IMG/VR virus record: IMGVR_UViG_3300023371_000080
Direction: 5' to 3' (one strand)
Source of the DNA: a virus
Taxonomy: Duplodnaviria; Heunggongvirae; Uroviricota; Caudoviricetes
Length of the DNA stretch: 64,000 nucleotides
The position numbers were made by a program, and so were the translations under genes. Numbering within the stretch: position 1 is the stretch's first letter; each line of letters begins with the position of its first letter. The notes beneath the pieces were generated by a model that searched no databases, was not told the origin of the DNA, and saw only the letters and a program-made list of their open reading frames with translations. This document shows, piece after piece, positions 35,101 through 44,200 of this stretch.

Positions 35101-35359
35101 ATGACTTATCATTGATATCATCAACATAATATGCCTCGACTCCATAAATACACTTTAGGCCATTCTCTTGACACAATGTATATGCCTCGAAGATGTTTCC
35201 TTGGTATCCATGCTCGGTTGTAAAATATGTAGTGTGTCCTAATTCTTTAGCTCTGTTGACATAATCAATAGGCTTTGATACGCAGTCAAGCGTTCTTAGG
35301 TTTGAGTACATAGTATGTTTATGATAGTTGTTGTATCTCATTCTTTCACTCCTAATCAT
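32144..35359 (-). CDS. dnaE: DNA polymerase III alpha subunit (DnaE-like, PHP + polymerase core)
   Basis: N-terminal PHP motif YNNYHKHTMYS..EHG, 1071 aa; exact start among M1/M7 uncertain. Confidence 0.8.
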   Translation of the reverse strand: MIRSERMRYNNYHKHTMYSNLRTLDCVSKPIDYVNRAKELGHTTYFTTEHGYQGNIFEAYTLCQENGLKCIYGVEAYYVDDINDKSSRAMYHIILVAMTENARRQINRIMSTANTNGYYYKPRIDLNLLLSLPGDEVVVTTACVAGRMFKPKSFEKTKEIIGYEKVRVYDSGPGYIDTTGHEEERPIYKTIAVGEDSWYTDFLVPVKEHFGANFYLEVQSHADHDQAEYNKKIMEVHRKYNIPIIHANDSHYIYPEDAKYRDLFLKAKGIVYEEESGFCLDYPDSDEIYRRYKIQGILTEDEVTEALQNTLVFDNAEGITIDKEFKIPKITEGDSNKVLKKLINEGWAKERSNVPKERWSEYIEQIKYEYKIIEDCGMADYFILDHYIVDRAVKEYDAILTKSGRGSAVSFYVNKLLGLTEVDRISAPITLYPTRFMSAERILSSRSLPDIDLNWADVTPVIQASKDLLGEDGIYYMIAYKPLQESSAFRLWCKAHDMHISEYDEVAKNLETYENDEKWKDLIEGSKKFRGVVESVAPSPCSFLLSNDKISEMVGLVKVGDVTCCCLDGYNCDVYKFLKNDYLTVTVYQLISDVYKLLGKPMDDINTLVANCDDKVWDVYAKGLTTTINQADSDYDKQILKKYKPRNLSELSAYVAAIRPGFASLLNNFVDRMPYTTGVKELDDILKDSFHYLMYQESIMKYLVWLGVEEKGTYDIIKKIAKKKFKEEELNELKSQLRAGWVKNVGREEGFNETWQVVEDAAHYSFNASHSLSVAIDSLYGAYLKATYPNEYFTVALSLYSDDLDRTAKLTAEMPYFGITLNPIKFRHSRANYNMEKETNSIYKGLSSLKYMNSEVSEQLYSMKDQKFDSFVDLLSVFPGNSRQREILTRLNYFSEFGGSLKLLKIAELYDKYNGKKVLKKEKLDLPVEIIEKYAKSSTEKQYRFESEGMTTMLSELCSMVPDQELPILSQIEAQKEFLGYIDLVDPTKPTKAVVLDINTKYTPKLSLYRLYDGQTVNAKLKKKDYESNPLASGMIIDYRTTKKPAWKKDGENWVQDYSREDVWLTSYTIE

Positions 35360-35367
35360 TTTGTTGT

Positions 35368-35402
35368 GTAAAGTATAGCACCAAAGTTTTAATTTGTCAA
35401 GA
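35368..35402 (-). promoter_or_regulatory. promoter (TTGACA / extended TGCTATACT) with TTTACAAT repeats at 35408-35430
   Basis: minus strand TTGACAAATTAAAACTTTGGTGCTATACT. Confidence 0.5.
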
Positions 35403-35434
35403 TACTTCGGTGCTAATTTACAATTTATTTACAA

Positions 35435-36040
35435 TTAAATCTCGTCCTCTTCTTCGGCCGAGCCCTCATTCAAGAATGCCGTAAACTCGTCATACTTCCG
35501 CTGCTTAATTTTTCCAGGTTTCCCCTTGATATTGTAGGTAAGATACTTGTCGAAGAGCTCCTTGATTTCGCGCTGGGTATTTTTTCTTCCTTGCTGGAGC
35601 CCATCTCTGTAGCCTTTATTCGACTTGGCGTCACCGAGTGCCGCCTTGCCCTCGCCTTGGCTACCAGTTGTCTTATTACGCAGTTGAAATCCTTGGTCAG
35701 CGTAACACTTAATCCAATACTGCTCTCTGCCATCAAGCTCGTCTTCTGGGCAATGGCAGATTATCTCAACGTGGTAACCATAGGGATTGGTTTCTTCATC
35801 ATAAAACTTATGTTTCTTAATACTACAGTCGATATGTTGATATCCACTAAGATGTTCTGCAAGTCTCTTTAATAAGTTCTTGGCTTGCCCAACATAAGCA
35901 AACTTAAAACCGTTCTCGTCTGTACGATAAAATACATAAAGGCCTGAATCTTCCGTTGCAATAGGACACACCTTCCGTATCTTATCTTCATTAGCTTTTC
36001 TTATAGCCATTATCTGTCTGTAATTCGTAGCCATAACCAA
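35435..36040 (-). CDS. GIY-YIG nuclease domain protein (homing-endonuclease-like)
   Basis: GLYVFYR (GIY) .. YVGQAKNLLKRLAEH (YIG) .. E; 201 aa. Confidence 0.6.
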   Translation of the reverse strand: MVMATNYRQIMAIRKANEDKIRKVCPIATEDSGLYVFYRTDENGFKFAYVGQAKNLLKRLAEHLSGYQHIDCSIKKHKFYDEETNPYGYHVEIICHCPEDELDGREQYWIKCYADQGFQLRNKTTGSQGEGKAALGDAKSNKGYRDGLQQGRKNTQREIKELFDKYLTYNIKGKPGKIKQRKYDEFTAFLNEGSAEEEDEI

Positions 36041-36045
36041 TCTCC

Positions 36046-37647
36046 TTAATCATTTTGTTGCGTATATTCATCAATTGTAAGTTGCAAAAATTTGTTTTTC
36101 CCATAGAACGGATTTGCAAGCACGCCTACCGCCACAATCTCACCGTCATTACCAAGAGTTTGCCAATCCATACAGTTCCACTTAACAACAATAACTCCAG
36201 TCTCATTATCAATAATCTTAAGGTGTTTCTTGGTTGAGAACGTACTAACCTCATAATCGTTGGTTCTTACCAATACCTTAACTGGAGGAAAACCCTCCCC
36301 GCTAATACGATTGATTGCGTTCAGTTGCTTCACCAAATTCTCATTAATCTGACTCGGAGCAAGTTCTATATCTGCCTCTATATTAACAGAGAACTCAACA
36401 TCTTTTAGTTCTTCCTCAATGACAGTCTTGAACTGCTCAAACTTATCTGCATCTATAAACGCACCCGCAGCATTGGGGTGTCCCTGGCAAAGACACAGTC
36501 CTGTACCATTTGCGATCTCAAGGAAGTTCTCGGTTCCCATACTTCTCATACTTCCCGCATATTGTTCATCTCGCTCTTTTAAAATAAATAGTGGCCTCTG
36601 ATACATTGCTAGAAGCTTATTTGCAATAAGCCCCGTGATTTCTGCATCCGTGTCATTGTCGAGCATAAAGAACATACACTTCCTATCGAGCTGTAACTCG
36701 CCCTGCTCAAGTAATCCATCAAGCAAATCTGCTACGACTTTATTCTGTTCTTCTCTGCAGTTTTTCAGATCCTTAACTAACTCGTCAATTTCATCCTCGT
36801 CTTCCGCAAGAAAAACATTCATTGCCTTTTCATTCTGATGCATTCTCATAGCAGCATTAACCAACGGTCCAATACTGAAACTGACCGACTGACTGTCAAA
36901 TGTGTAATTACCGACCATCTTCTGCACCATAGGATTTCTGAACTGTGCCAATCCTCGATATGCAATATATCTATTCTCTGGTTCCGCCATACTTGACATA
37001 TCTGCTATAAGTCCTATCGCTGCATATGCCCATAAATCATCACTATAATCAGTTAGATTTTGGTAATCGCAATATTGCACGAATTTAAGACAAACTCCCG
37101 CACCCGACAAGAACTCATTTGGATATCCGTTTGCCGAACTCACGAGCACAAAATCCAAATCTGCGTCAAATAATCTTTGCTCAGGTAAGTGATGGTCAAA
37201 TACCACAAGTTTTACGCCAGTGTCAAGAATTCGCTTGTAGACTTCAGGATCGTTGTTGAGAGAATCGACGATGATCATCACATCAACGCCATTAAGTAGC
37301 TTCAAATCAAAATCTTCGGCACCATGTTTCTTACCATCATTGATAACGCACTTAACATCCGCACCACACTTACGCAAATATCGTGTGATAATGGCATTGC
37401 TGCTACAACCATCTGCATCCACGTCTGCCAACACAAGGAACTTTTCTCCCATTGTAATGGCATCGTCTATAATCTGATATGCCTCGTCAAGTCCTTTTAA
37501 TTCTTCGAACGGTATCATATCATCTTCCGTTGGTTTGAGGAAGTCGGAAATATCCTCGATTCCTCTCGAATCCAATATCGCCTCAATTATTTCAAAATCA
37601 TCTTCCATCTGCCTGCCATCGATCTTGGCAGTAAGTTGTTTTATCAA
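36046..37647 (-). CDS. DHH/DHHA1 phosphoesterase, RecJ-like ssDNA exonuclease
   Basis: Motif I LVLADVDADG, motif III VVFDHH, DHHA1 GHPNAAG. Confidence 0.7.
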   Translation of the reverse strand: MIKQLTAKIDGRQMEDDFEIIEAILDSRGIEDISDFLKPTEDDMIPFEELKGLDEAYQIIDDAITMGEKFLVLADVDADGCSSNAIITRYLRKCGADVKCVINDGKKHGAEDFDLKLLNGVDVMIIVDSLNNDPEVYKRILDTGVKLVVFDHHLPEQRLFDADLDFVLVSSANGYPNEFLSGAGVCLKFVQYCDYQNLTDYSDDLWAYAAIGLIADMSSMAEPENRYIAYRGLAQFRNPMVQKMVGNYTFDSQSVSFSIGPLVNAAMRMHQNEKAMNVFLAEDEDEIDELVKDLKNCREEQNKVVADLLDGLLEQGELQLDRKCMFFMLDNDTDAEITGLIANKLLAMYQRPLFILKERDEQYAGSMRSMGTENFLEIANGTGLCLCQGHPNAAGAFIDADKFEQFKTVIEEELKDVEFSVNIEADIELAPSQINENLVKQLNAINRISGEGFPPVKVLVRTNDYEVSTFSTKKHLKIIDNETGVIVVKWNCMDWQTLGNDGEIVAVGVLANPFYGKNKFLQLTIDEYTQQND

Positions 37648-37650
37648 TTC

Positions 37651-37989
37651 TCATCCCTCCAACAAATCCTTCGGTATACCTAAAGTTTCATAAAGCTTAT
37701 TACGTTGTTCGTCGATCCGCTTCGCCGTATCTGCGTCAGGATTGCATATCTTATAAACATTATCTAAACCAGTCCCATAAGTAATCTTCCAATTGCTTTT
37801 ACACGGACATGCATCCACCCACGGTGCCACTCCTCGTCCACACACAGGGCAAATCCATCCTTCTTGCTTGCCGAAGCCCTGGGGCATAGGCATATCACAA
37901 TTAGACAGACCACCTATAGATTTATCGTCTGCCATATTATTTTTAAAATACGCTTCTTCTATATCGTCTAAATGAAAACCAATAGTCAT
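37651..37989 (-). CDS. hypothetical Cys-rich protein
   Basis: CPVCGRG..C.C motifs. Confidence 0.4.
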   Translation of the reverse strand: MTIGFHLDDIEEAYFKNNMADDKSIGGLSNCDMPMPQGFGKQEGWICPVCGRGVAPWVDACPCKSNWKITYGTGLDNVYKICNPDADTAKRIDEQRNKLYETLGIPKDLLEG

Positions 37990-37991
37990 AA

Positions 37992-38360
37992 TTAATCCTC
38001 CACTTTAACTGCAAACTTATCAAAATAATCATTGGCATGCCACTTAGGCAAACTTAATGCCTTTTCACTTAACTCTTTATTGAAATAAACAAAAGGTTTA
38101 TCATTCATTTGCGTTTCAACATAATATGAGGGATCGTTGTCTGTTTCATCAATCCTTCCACAAATATTACATACCTTTGTAGGAAGAATGGTTTGCCTAA
38201 TTTCTGGGCGACCTGTTTTGAAATTAGTAGTATGCCAATCTCGATACAACAATACCGTTTCATAAGTATGTTTATGATCGGCACGAGGTTGACCTTTCTT
38301 TTTTGATTTCTTTTTATATGCAGGAATTTCATCATCGATTAAATTTATTTTATCATTCAT
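37992..38360 (-). CDS. hypothetical protein with zinc-finger-like CNICGR motif
   Basis: 122-aa ORF, 3-nt gap to downstream gene. Confidence 0.4.
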   Translation of the reverse strand: MNDKINLIDDEIPAYKKKSKKKGQPRADHKHTYETVLLYRDWHTTNFKTGRPEIRQTILPTKVCNICGRIDETDNDPSYYVETQMNDKPFVYFNKELSEKALSLPKWHANDYFDKFAVKVED

Positions 38361-38385
38361 ATCGATACCTCTTAAAACTCTATTT

Positions 38386-38616
38386 TTATATCACTAAATA
38401 TCCAAGCCAACAACGACAAACAGTACCTTCTTTGATAATATAGCCACAGGGTTCTACATTACACACATAAGCAAGTTGGCAAGTAAGCCATTCATCTGGA
38501 ATAACTGGTTTACGCAGAGTTTGGGTTGCGGGGTCGATAATGTATAAGTCGTTATTATGAATAATTTCTCCCGCTGTGCGAGAAACTATTGTCCCATGTT
38601 GAAATCTATTTAACAT
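38386..38616 (-). CDS. hypothetical small protein
   Basis: 76 aa. Confidence 0.35.
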   Translation of the reverse strand: MLNRFQHGTIVSRTAGEIIHNNDLYIIDPATQTLRKPVIPDEWLTCQLAYVCNVEPCGYIIKEGTVCRCWLGYLVI

Positions 38617-38647
38617 AATATACCTCTTAAAATTTTATTTTTATGTG

Positions 38648-38878
38648 CTAAATAACACCGTCTTTGGCAGCACAAACTATTCTATATGTAAAGTCAATGT
38701 GGTCTTTATCCACAAAAATAGTAGGAAATCTATTGCCTTTCATAACTTCAACGGCTTCATCTATGCCGCCATATGGCTTAAGTTTACTCAATGCGTGTGC
38801 ATACTCACAAGCATTATCGCATTCTTCTGTATACTGTTTACCATATCTATTTAAACATTCAAAGCATGGATTATACAT
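38648..38878 (-). CDS. hypothetical small Cys-containing protein
   Basis: 76 aa, CFEC..C..C. Confidence 0.35.
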   Translation of the reverse strand: MYNPCFECLNRYGKQYTEECDNACEYAHALSKLKPYGGIDEAVEVMKGNRFPTIFVDKDHIDFTYRIVCAAKDGVI

Positions 38879-39164
38879 CTTCTACCTCACTTTCAAGCCA
38901 CATCTTTACAATCTCCTTGCAGTCAGGCACATCATCGTGATCGGGGAAGTAACGACACCTATTTTCAAGTTCGCACCATGCAAATTCGCATTCTCTCTGA
39001 CCAAAATCATCCTCCACGGTTGCCTTAACAGATTCACACCGTTGACAATATGTAGAATCAAACCACTTACTCCAAGGAGAATTGTCCCACATACCGTTTG
39101 CGTCGAGCCAATCGGCAAGCTGGTCTATATCTAACGACTTCCAATTTTCAAAATTAGTTTTCAT
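38871..39164 (-). CDS. hypothetical acidic Cys-containing protein
   Basis: 97 aa, overlaps neighbour by 8 nt. Confidence 0.35.
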   Translation of the reverse strand: MKTNFENWKSLDIDQLADWLDANGMWDNSPWSKWFDSTYCQRCESVKATVEDDFGQRECEFAWCELENRCRYFPDHDDVPDCKEIVKMWLESEVEDV

Positions 39165-39335
39165 AATTACCTTAACCTATAATCACATACTTCTGTTTAC
39201 GCATACTTTCAGGTGCTCGTTCAGGAAGAAACGGATACACCTCTTCTTCTATATATTGTATATCTTCATATTCATAACTCAAAACTTCCATATCTTCAGG
39301 AAACTGCTCCAACTTCTCTTTGAGTTCTTTAACGG

Positions 39336-39596
39336 TCATTGTCCTTTCTCCTTTTCTGCAAGTGCTTTCTTGGCTTCCTCTTTTGTGTGGAATATGAATT
39401 TGCCGAAGTCTTCAAATTTACCACAGATGTTTTTGAAATAAGGCTCATCGTCAAATCCTTCGTGGCATATAAACAGATAATTACCTGTATTACGAATATC
39501 AATGGAACCAACATATCCTCGATGTATTGCTGTAGTGTTTGTTTCAGTATTGAGAGATACTGCATATACTATATCGCCCACTTTACAAGGAGGCAC
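39336..39596 (-). CDS. hypothetical small protein
   Basis: 86 aa; competing ORF 39329..39565 in another frame judged less likely. Confidence 0.3.
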   Translation of the reverse strand: MPPCKVGDIVYAVSLNTETNTTAIHRGYVGSIDIRNTGNYLFICHEGFDDEPYFKNICGKFEDFGKFIFHTKEEAKKALAEKEKGQ

Positions 39597-39711
39597 TATA
39601 ACACCGTTGGCGAGAAGGTAGTCGGCAAGTTTTCGTCCAACTCTTCAGAATACCAATGACTGACATCTACGCCATGAATGAAATCATCTATCAACTCAAT
39701 AAGCCTATCTC

Positions 39712-40044
39712 TCATTTCCCGTCCTCCGCGTATTTCTGAAAAACTTTACAAATAGCCATGCCAATATACCCTGCGTACATTTCACCAGCACGGCATAACG
39801 ACTCACGAAAATCCAAAACGCTTATATTATTTATTACTGCTTTATCTGCTTCTGCAATACCGCTTTCCATAGCTCGCATAGTCTCCTCAAAAATCTCCCT
39901 CGCAACCTCTGCCCTCGGTGCGACATCGGCAATCGGAGCTTCGACCATAAGTTTTCTCGCGCCTCCTGCGGGACCGACGTGTACTCTGTCGTATTCGGCT
40001 ATGAGCTTATCAATATCTGTATATCGTGCCATATCATTCACCAC
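39712..40044 (-). CDS. hypothetical protein
   Basis: 110 aa. Confidence 0.4.
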   Translation of the reverse strand: MVNDMARYTDIDKLIAEYDRVHVGPAGGARKLMVEAPIADVAPRAEVAREIFEETMRAMESGIAEADKAVINNISVLDFRESLCRAGEMYAGYIGMAICKVFQKYAEDGK

Positions 40045-40405
40045 CTTTCATCTTCGCACCACAATTACAATAAGGTTCTTTAACATGTTCATTTCTTCCA
40101 CAAATACTACACCTATAAGCTATGTATTGATGAATAACAAGACGACCTTCTTCGTCGAATGTCGCAGGAATCATTGACTCGAATGGTTCTTCAAGCCACT
40201 CTCCCTCTATCTGTTTGCGATAGCCTGCATCGTAGAGTTGTTCCGCAACGCAATGTTTGCAATCAATCTTAGTATGACACTCATCAATTGAAGTATCTCT
40301 ACAAAATTTCAATACTCTCGCCATTTCCTCAATCTGCTTCTCTTTGCTCATTTTCTTTTCTTTCTCCGTAACTACAAAACGCATTTGGCCCCGTTGGAAC
40401 ATCAT
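40034..40405 (-). CDS. hypothetical zinc-finger protein
   Basis: CHTKIDCKHC and CSICGR..CNC motifs. Confidence 0.4.
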   Translation of the reverse strand: MMFQRGQMRFVVTEKEKKMSKEKQIEEMARVLKFCRDTSIDECHTKIDCKHCVAEQLYDAGYRKQIEGEWLEEPFESMIPATFDEEGRLVIHQYIAYRCSICGRNEHVKEPYCNCGAKMKGGE

Positions 40406-40595
40406 AGTCTACGGTCCATTTCATACAAGTTGTGTAATCTCCCCAATCTCTATAATGCTTGCAATCCTTGCATCTCACAACTTCTACAACATTTGCAGCA
40501 TCTTTGTATGCTGTGCAATCTGCTACAATAGCCCCTTTATGAGTTGCAAGAAACTGACAATTTTCCTTATATAAACACTTTTCACACTTATCCAT
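40329..40595 (-). CDS. hypothetical Cys-rich protein
   Basis: CEKC..C..C..CKDCKHY motifs; overlaps neighbours out of frame. Confidence 0.35.
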   Translation of the reverse strand: MDKCEKCLYKENCQFLATHKGAIVADCTAYKDAANVVEVVRCKDCKHYRDWGDYTTCMKWTVDYDVPTGPNAFCSYGERKENEQREAD

Positions 40596-40929
40596 TGTTT
40601 TCCTCCAACAATTCTCTTGCGACCTTTTCTACATCAAAAACATCAATATATCCAACATAAGGATATTTATTAAGTGCCTTATCGCTCAACATATCTCTCA
40701 TCTTCCGAACAGCGTCGGCTTTAATTGTCTTGATTTCTTTCCGCAACTTCCCATTATCTTCTACCCAAGCTTCGTTGTACTGCTGTGCCTCTTTGATGAG
40801 ATCCTGCAATCTTTCAATCTCCGTATTCTGACAATGATACTCACAGTAGTCTCTTGTCTTTTTATAACAATTGCCGTCTTGACACCAATGGCAATTTTTA
40901 AAATTACACCTAGGCAAGTCTATTCTCAT
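40588..40929 (-). CDS. hypothetical Cys-rich protein
   Basis: CNFKNCHWCQDGNCY..C..C. Confidence 0.4.
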   Translation of the reverse strand: MRIDLPRCNFKNCHWCQDGNCYKKTRDYCEYHCQNTEIERLQDLIKEAQQYNEAWVEDNGKLRKEIKTIKADAVRKMRDMLSDKALNKYPYVGYIDVFDVEKVARELLEENNG

Positions 40930-41981
40930 ATTTCGTCCTCTTCTTCTAAATTTTCTATTGGTTCTATTTCGTGTTTAAGTATATACTCAAACTCCACCTT
41001 GGTGTCATCACAAGGTGCTGATTTATTATCAAGAGTTAAATTATCTTCCCAATTCCAATATCGGATCTCCAACTGCCTCATAGTACAAAATGTCTTGAGC
41101 AAATCTGCATTCCTTTTGGTGTTATCAAGCGGCAAACTCTTGTCTAACATAAAAGTGATTCGCTTTGGATTCAATGAAATGAGCAGCTTTGCCTGGGTTG
41201 GGCTCAATGAGTTACTACCAAGAGCAACCACATTGTTATAACCCCAAGAGTCTAATATAAGCACCGATTTCTCACTCTCTACCACAAGGATCTCATTCTC
41301 ATATAGCGAACTGTAATTTTCTGAGTACCCGAAAAGAGTTTGAGACATTGGACCATTCTCAAGGTATAGATACTTAGGCTCAAACTCTTCTGGTATCCCA
41401 TTAAGTCTGCCCTTTATCGCCATGATTTCTCCCGTAGAAGTTCTGATAGGCAGTGTAATTCTTTGGCTCAGAACATCGTAACCTATGCCCCATTTTCGTT
41501 GAGTACTTAGCGAAATTCCATCCTTAAGCCAAAGAGTATTTGGCGTATTGCCGTATTGCTCAAGTATCTCTTCTGGGTAAGTAGTTACGGCTATTTCGCC
41601 ATTAGAACGATTTAGACCGTCATATATCCCCCCAAAGAGCCCCAACTTGCGTTTGTAGTTATATATGGAATCAAGATGTAATTCCTGTTTGATAACATTC
41701 ATTACATCTTTAAAGGAAATGTTCTTGCTTTTGACAAGGTAGTTGATTAGGTCTAACGAGAGGTTTCGCTCATAGTCTTTCACGAATAAATTCTCATTGT
41801 CTTGTAATCTAATCACCACCGCAGTCGGATTCATTCCGTCCTCAAAAGCACACCTGATTTCTCGGTGACCTCTGCGTATTTTAGAAAAACCAAAGGTGTC
41901 GAGGATATGCTCTATGGACTCTGGTTGCTCTAATAAACGTTCTTTTACTTCTTTGAACACATCTCTGACACCTCCAATCAT
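40926..41981 (-). CDS. possible DNA primase (Toprim-like region)
   Basis: ILVVESEKSVLILDSWGYNNVVALGSNSLS and FMLDKSLPLDNTKRNAD resemble Toprim E..DxD segments; located with helicase/polymerase genes. Confidence 0.35.
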   Translation of the reverse strand: MIGGVRDVFKEVKERLLEQPESIEHILDTFGFSKIRRGHREIRCAFEDGMNPTAVVIRLQDNENLFVKDYERNLSLDLINYLVKSKNISFKDVMNVIKQELHLDSIYNYKRKLGLFGGIYDGLNRSNGEIAVTTYPEEILEQYGNTPNTLWLKDGISLSTQRKWGIGYDVLSQRITLPIRTSTGEIMAIKGRLNGIPEEFEPKYLYLENGPMSQTLFGYSENYSSLYENEILVVESEKSVLILDSWGYNNVVALGSNSLSPTQAKLLISLNPKRITFMLDKSLPLDNTKRNADLLKTFCTMRQLEIRYWNWEDNLTLDNKSAPCDDTKVEFEYILKHEIEPIENLEEEDEI

Positions 41982-41998
41982 TTCGTATTGTTAATTAA

Positions 41999-42598
41999 TT
42001 ATCTTAATGAAGCTTTAAAGTTACTATATGTTCCAAACTTTTCTTTCCATCCAGCAACGATCTCCGTGGGATTCAGATTGAACTCCTTGCAAACATATGT
42101 GATATACTCATTCTCATATAGTTTCTTCCTACGTTTATTAAACTTCTTAACCTCGGCAAAAACTTCGTCTCTTGAAACACCATACTCCTTAAGGAGATAT
42201 GTGCTCAAATCGCATTCTGAGTACTCAATAAACTGGCAGATGGGACACATACACTCAGGTACATCATAATTATAACCACTAGAACAAAAGTCATCAAACA
42301 ATGTATCCTCATCCATAACTATTAGCTCCTCTTCAGAAAAATCTCTATAGCTATGAGTGGTGCCATCCCATTTTTCCTTGTTCCATTCATTTTCCATAAT
42401 CATCTTAAGCATTTCTTGTTTAGTGGGTCTTTCAAGTGCCTCATCACAACAGAAAATATGTCCATTGACGCACTCCATCATTTCGCAGTCACTCAAAGAC
42501 AAGTCATAACCGCTTTCATTACGTCCACAAATTTCGCAGATATAACTCGAACTACTACTATTAGTCACAAAATCTTTTCTAAACTTCATAATCGTCAC
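41999..42598 (-). CDS. member 5 of tandem paralog family with conserved N-terminal KFRKDFVTNSSSSSYI motif; Cys-rich C-terminal part
   Basis: MTIMKFRKDFVTNSSSSSYICEICG..; many CxxC. Confidence 0.5.
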   Translation of the reverse strand: MTIMKFRKDFVTNSSSSSYICEICGRNESGYDLSLSDCEMMECVNGHIFCCDEALERPTKQEMLKMIMENEWNKEKWDGTTHSYRDFSEEELIVMDEDTLFDDFCSSGYNYDVPECMCPICQFIEYSECDLSTYLLKEYGVSRDEVFAEVKKFNKRRKKLYENEYITYVCKEFNLNPTEIVAGWKEKFGTYSNFKASLR

Positions 42599-43011
42599 CC
42601 ATTAAAACCTGCACCATACTGAACATCAATATCTGCAAATCCGTTTTCCTCTTCAATATTATCAATTATTTCTGTGTTAAAATCCTCATAAGACACATCG
42701 TAATCTACCTCGCCATCTTCGTCCGCATAAAGATCGTCATAATCTCTTACGACAACAAATCTAGAATCCGAATGTTCCATAATATATTCCTTGCTTGGCG
42801 TAGCATTTATTCCTGCCCAATCATATTCAAGCCACTCAGACCATCTACTATGACGAATTTCATCCAGCACCTCTTCAGATGTGTAAATTTCAATTTGCTT
42901 ACCATACTTGTCAAGTATGGTCTTTGCCTTTTCTTCATCTGCAATTCTTGCAAAGCAAACAATATAACTGCTAGAACTGCTATTTGTAACAAAATCTGTT
43001 CTAATTTTCAT
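42595..43011 (-). CDS. member 4 of tandem paralog family (MKIRTDFVTNSSSSSYIV..), acidic C-terminus
   Basis: shared 17-aa N-terminal motif; stop/start overlap. Confidence 0.5.
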   Translation of the reverse strand: MKIRTDFVTNSSSSSYIVCFARIADEEKAKTILDKYGKQIEIYTSEEVLDEIRHSRWSEWLEYDWAGINATPSKEYIMEHSDSRFVVVRDYDDLYADEDGEVDYDVSYEDFNTEIIDNIEEENGFADIDVQYGAGFNG

Positions 43012-43023
43012 ATTAAATTCTCC

Positions 43024-43494
43024 TTAATGATGTGATATTCTTTGAATTGTGCACGCCACATTAGGCATGATATCATGCTCCAAATCAGAGTTGCAACAAT
43101 CATCATATTCAACTTCTACAAATACGGTTTTATCTTCCATATCTTTAAGAATATTATTAACAATATTATCGAGATGTTTTTTAACTTCTTCTGCCCCTTC
43201 TTTTGTCTTTACATAATCTACTGAAGCCGAATAAGAACATCTAGTGCGTCTACGATATGCTTCTTCTACATCCCACTTTACTGTCCATTTGAGCCCATCT
43301 CTTACTCTATTAATCGCTTCGTCTTTATCGAATTTTTCTGCCTCGTCAATATCTCTTATTACTATGCCAACTTTATCGATCGCCCAATTTGGAAACCCAG
43401 ATACTAGTTCGCTATATATTGTATCTTTGCCCTTAAATCCAAGAATAAAGCTTGAGCTACTACTATTAGTTACATAATCTGTTCTAATCTTCAT
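43024..43494 (-). CDS. member 3 of tandem paralog family (MKIRTDYVTNSSSSSFIL..)
   Basis: shared N-terminal motif. Confidence 0.5.
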   Translation of the reverse strand: MKIRTDYVTNSSSSSFILGFKGKDTIYSELVSGFPNWAIDKVGIVIRDIDEAEKFDKDEAINRVRDGLKWTVKWDVEEAYRRRTRCSYSASVDYVKTKEGAEEVKKHLDNIVNNILKDMEDKTVFVEVEYDDCCNSDLEHDIMPNVACTIQRISHH

Positions 43495-43816
43495 ACAACA
43501 AGTCCCTCCAATCTACTTCGTCATCATTTTTATCTGGCAAATCAAAGCTCCAATCGCTCCAATCAACCTTATTCATATCGACATCAATTTTTTCTAAAAA
43601 CTCGTACATATCAAAATTGTCCATAGTAGTAGAACCTGTAATATAACCATCGCTTTCTCTGATACCCCAAGATTCTTCCGAATAATCAATCCCTAATTTT
43701 TCTCCCAATTCTGAGTGGCGTCGGATTGCCTCAATCTGGTCGTTATCAAGGTGCTTTTTAGCAATCAAAAAACTACTGCTTGATGAATTAGTTACAAAGT
43801 CGTGTCTAATTTTCAT
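43484..43816 (-). CDS. member 2 of tandem paralog family (MKIRHDFVTNSSSSSFLI..), acidic
   Basis: shared N-terminal motif. Confidence 0.5.
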   Translation of the reverse strand: MKIRHDFVTNSSSSSFLIAKKHLDNDQIEAIRRHSELGEKLGIDYSEESWGIRESDGYITGSTTMDNFDMYEFLEKIDVDMNKVDWSDWSFDLPDKNDDEVDWRDLLYED

Positions 43817-43828
43817 ATTTTCACCTCA

Positions 43829-44200
43829 TCAATCACAATAACCATATTCCCAAGGAATATTATATTTACCTAAAATATCTTCAATAATATCCCAATCATA
43901 TCTACCACAATCATCGTTGTCAATAATAAAATGATTATCATACTTTGTATCATCATCCCATCCCCATCCGTTACGGATTTTTGTTGGGTTATCTGTTGTT
44001 GCTTCATCAATGTGATATCTACGAGCCACGCATTCATCAGTTACATCGTCTAAAGTATATTCCTCATCAGCCCATTTTTTACACTCTAGATTTGCAATTT
44101 CAAGCAAAATTTCAATTAATCTATCACGAGAAACATCATTTCTGCTAATAATAAAACTACTACTAGAACTATTAGTCACAAAATCTCTGCGTACTTTCAT
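43829..44200 (-). CDS. member 1 of tandem paralog family (MKVRRDFVTNSSSSSFII..), acidic
   Basis: shared N-terminal motif; overlaps upstream enzyme gene. Confidence 0.5.
   Translation of the reverse strand: MKVRRDFVTNSSSSSFIISRNDVSRDRLIEILLEIANLECKKWADEEYTLDDVTDECVARRYHIDEATTDNPTKIRNGWGWDDDTKYDNHFIIDNDDCGRYDWDIIEDILGKYNIPWEYGYCD

Noticed and set aside
36046-37647. Plus-strand small ORFs (36055.., 36419.., 36635.., 37253..) within the RecJ-like gene and similar antisense ORFs elsewhere (e.g. 7786..8148, 8659..9171, 33593..33901)
   Set aside because: All lie antisense to long ORFs with strong domain signatures. Their Ser/Leu/Ile-rich translations are typical of AT-rich antisense frames.
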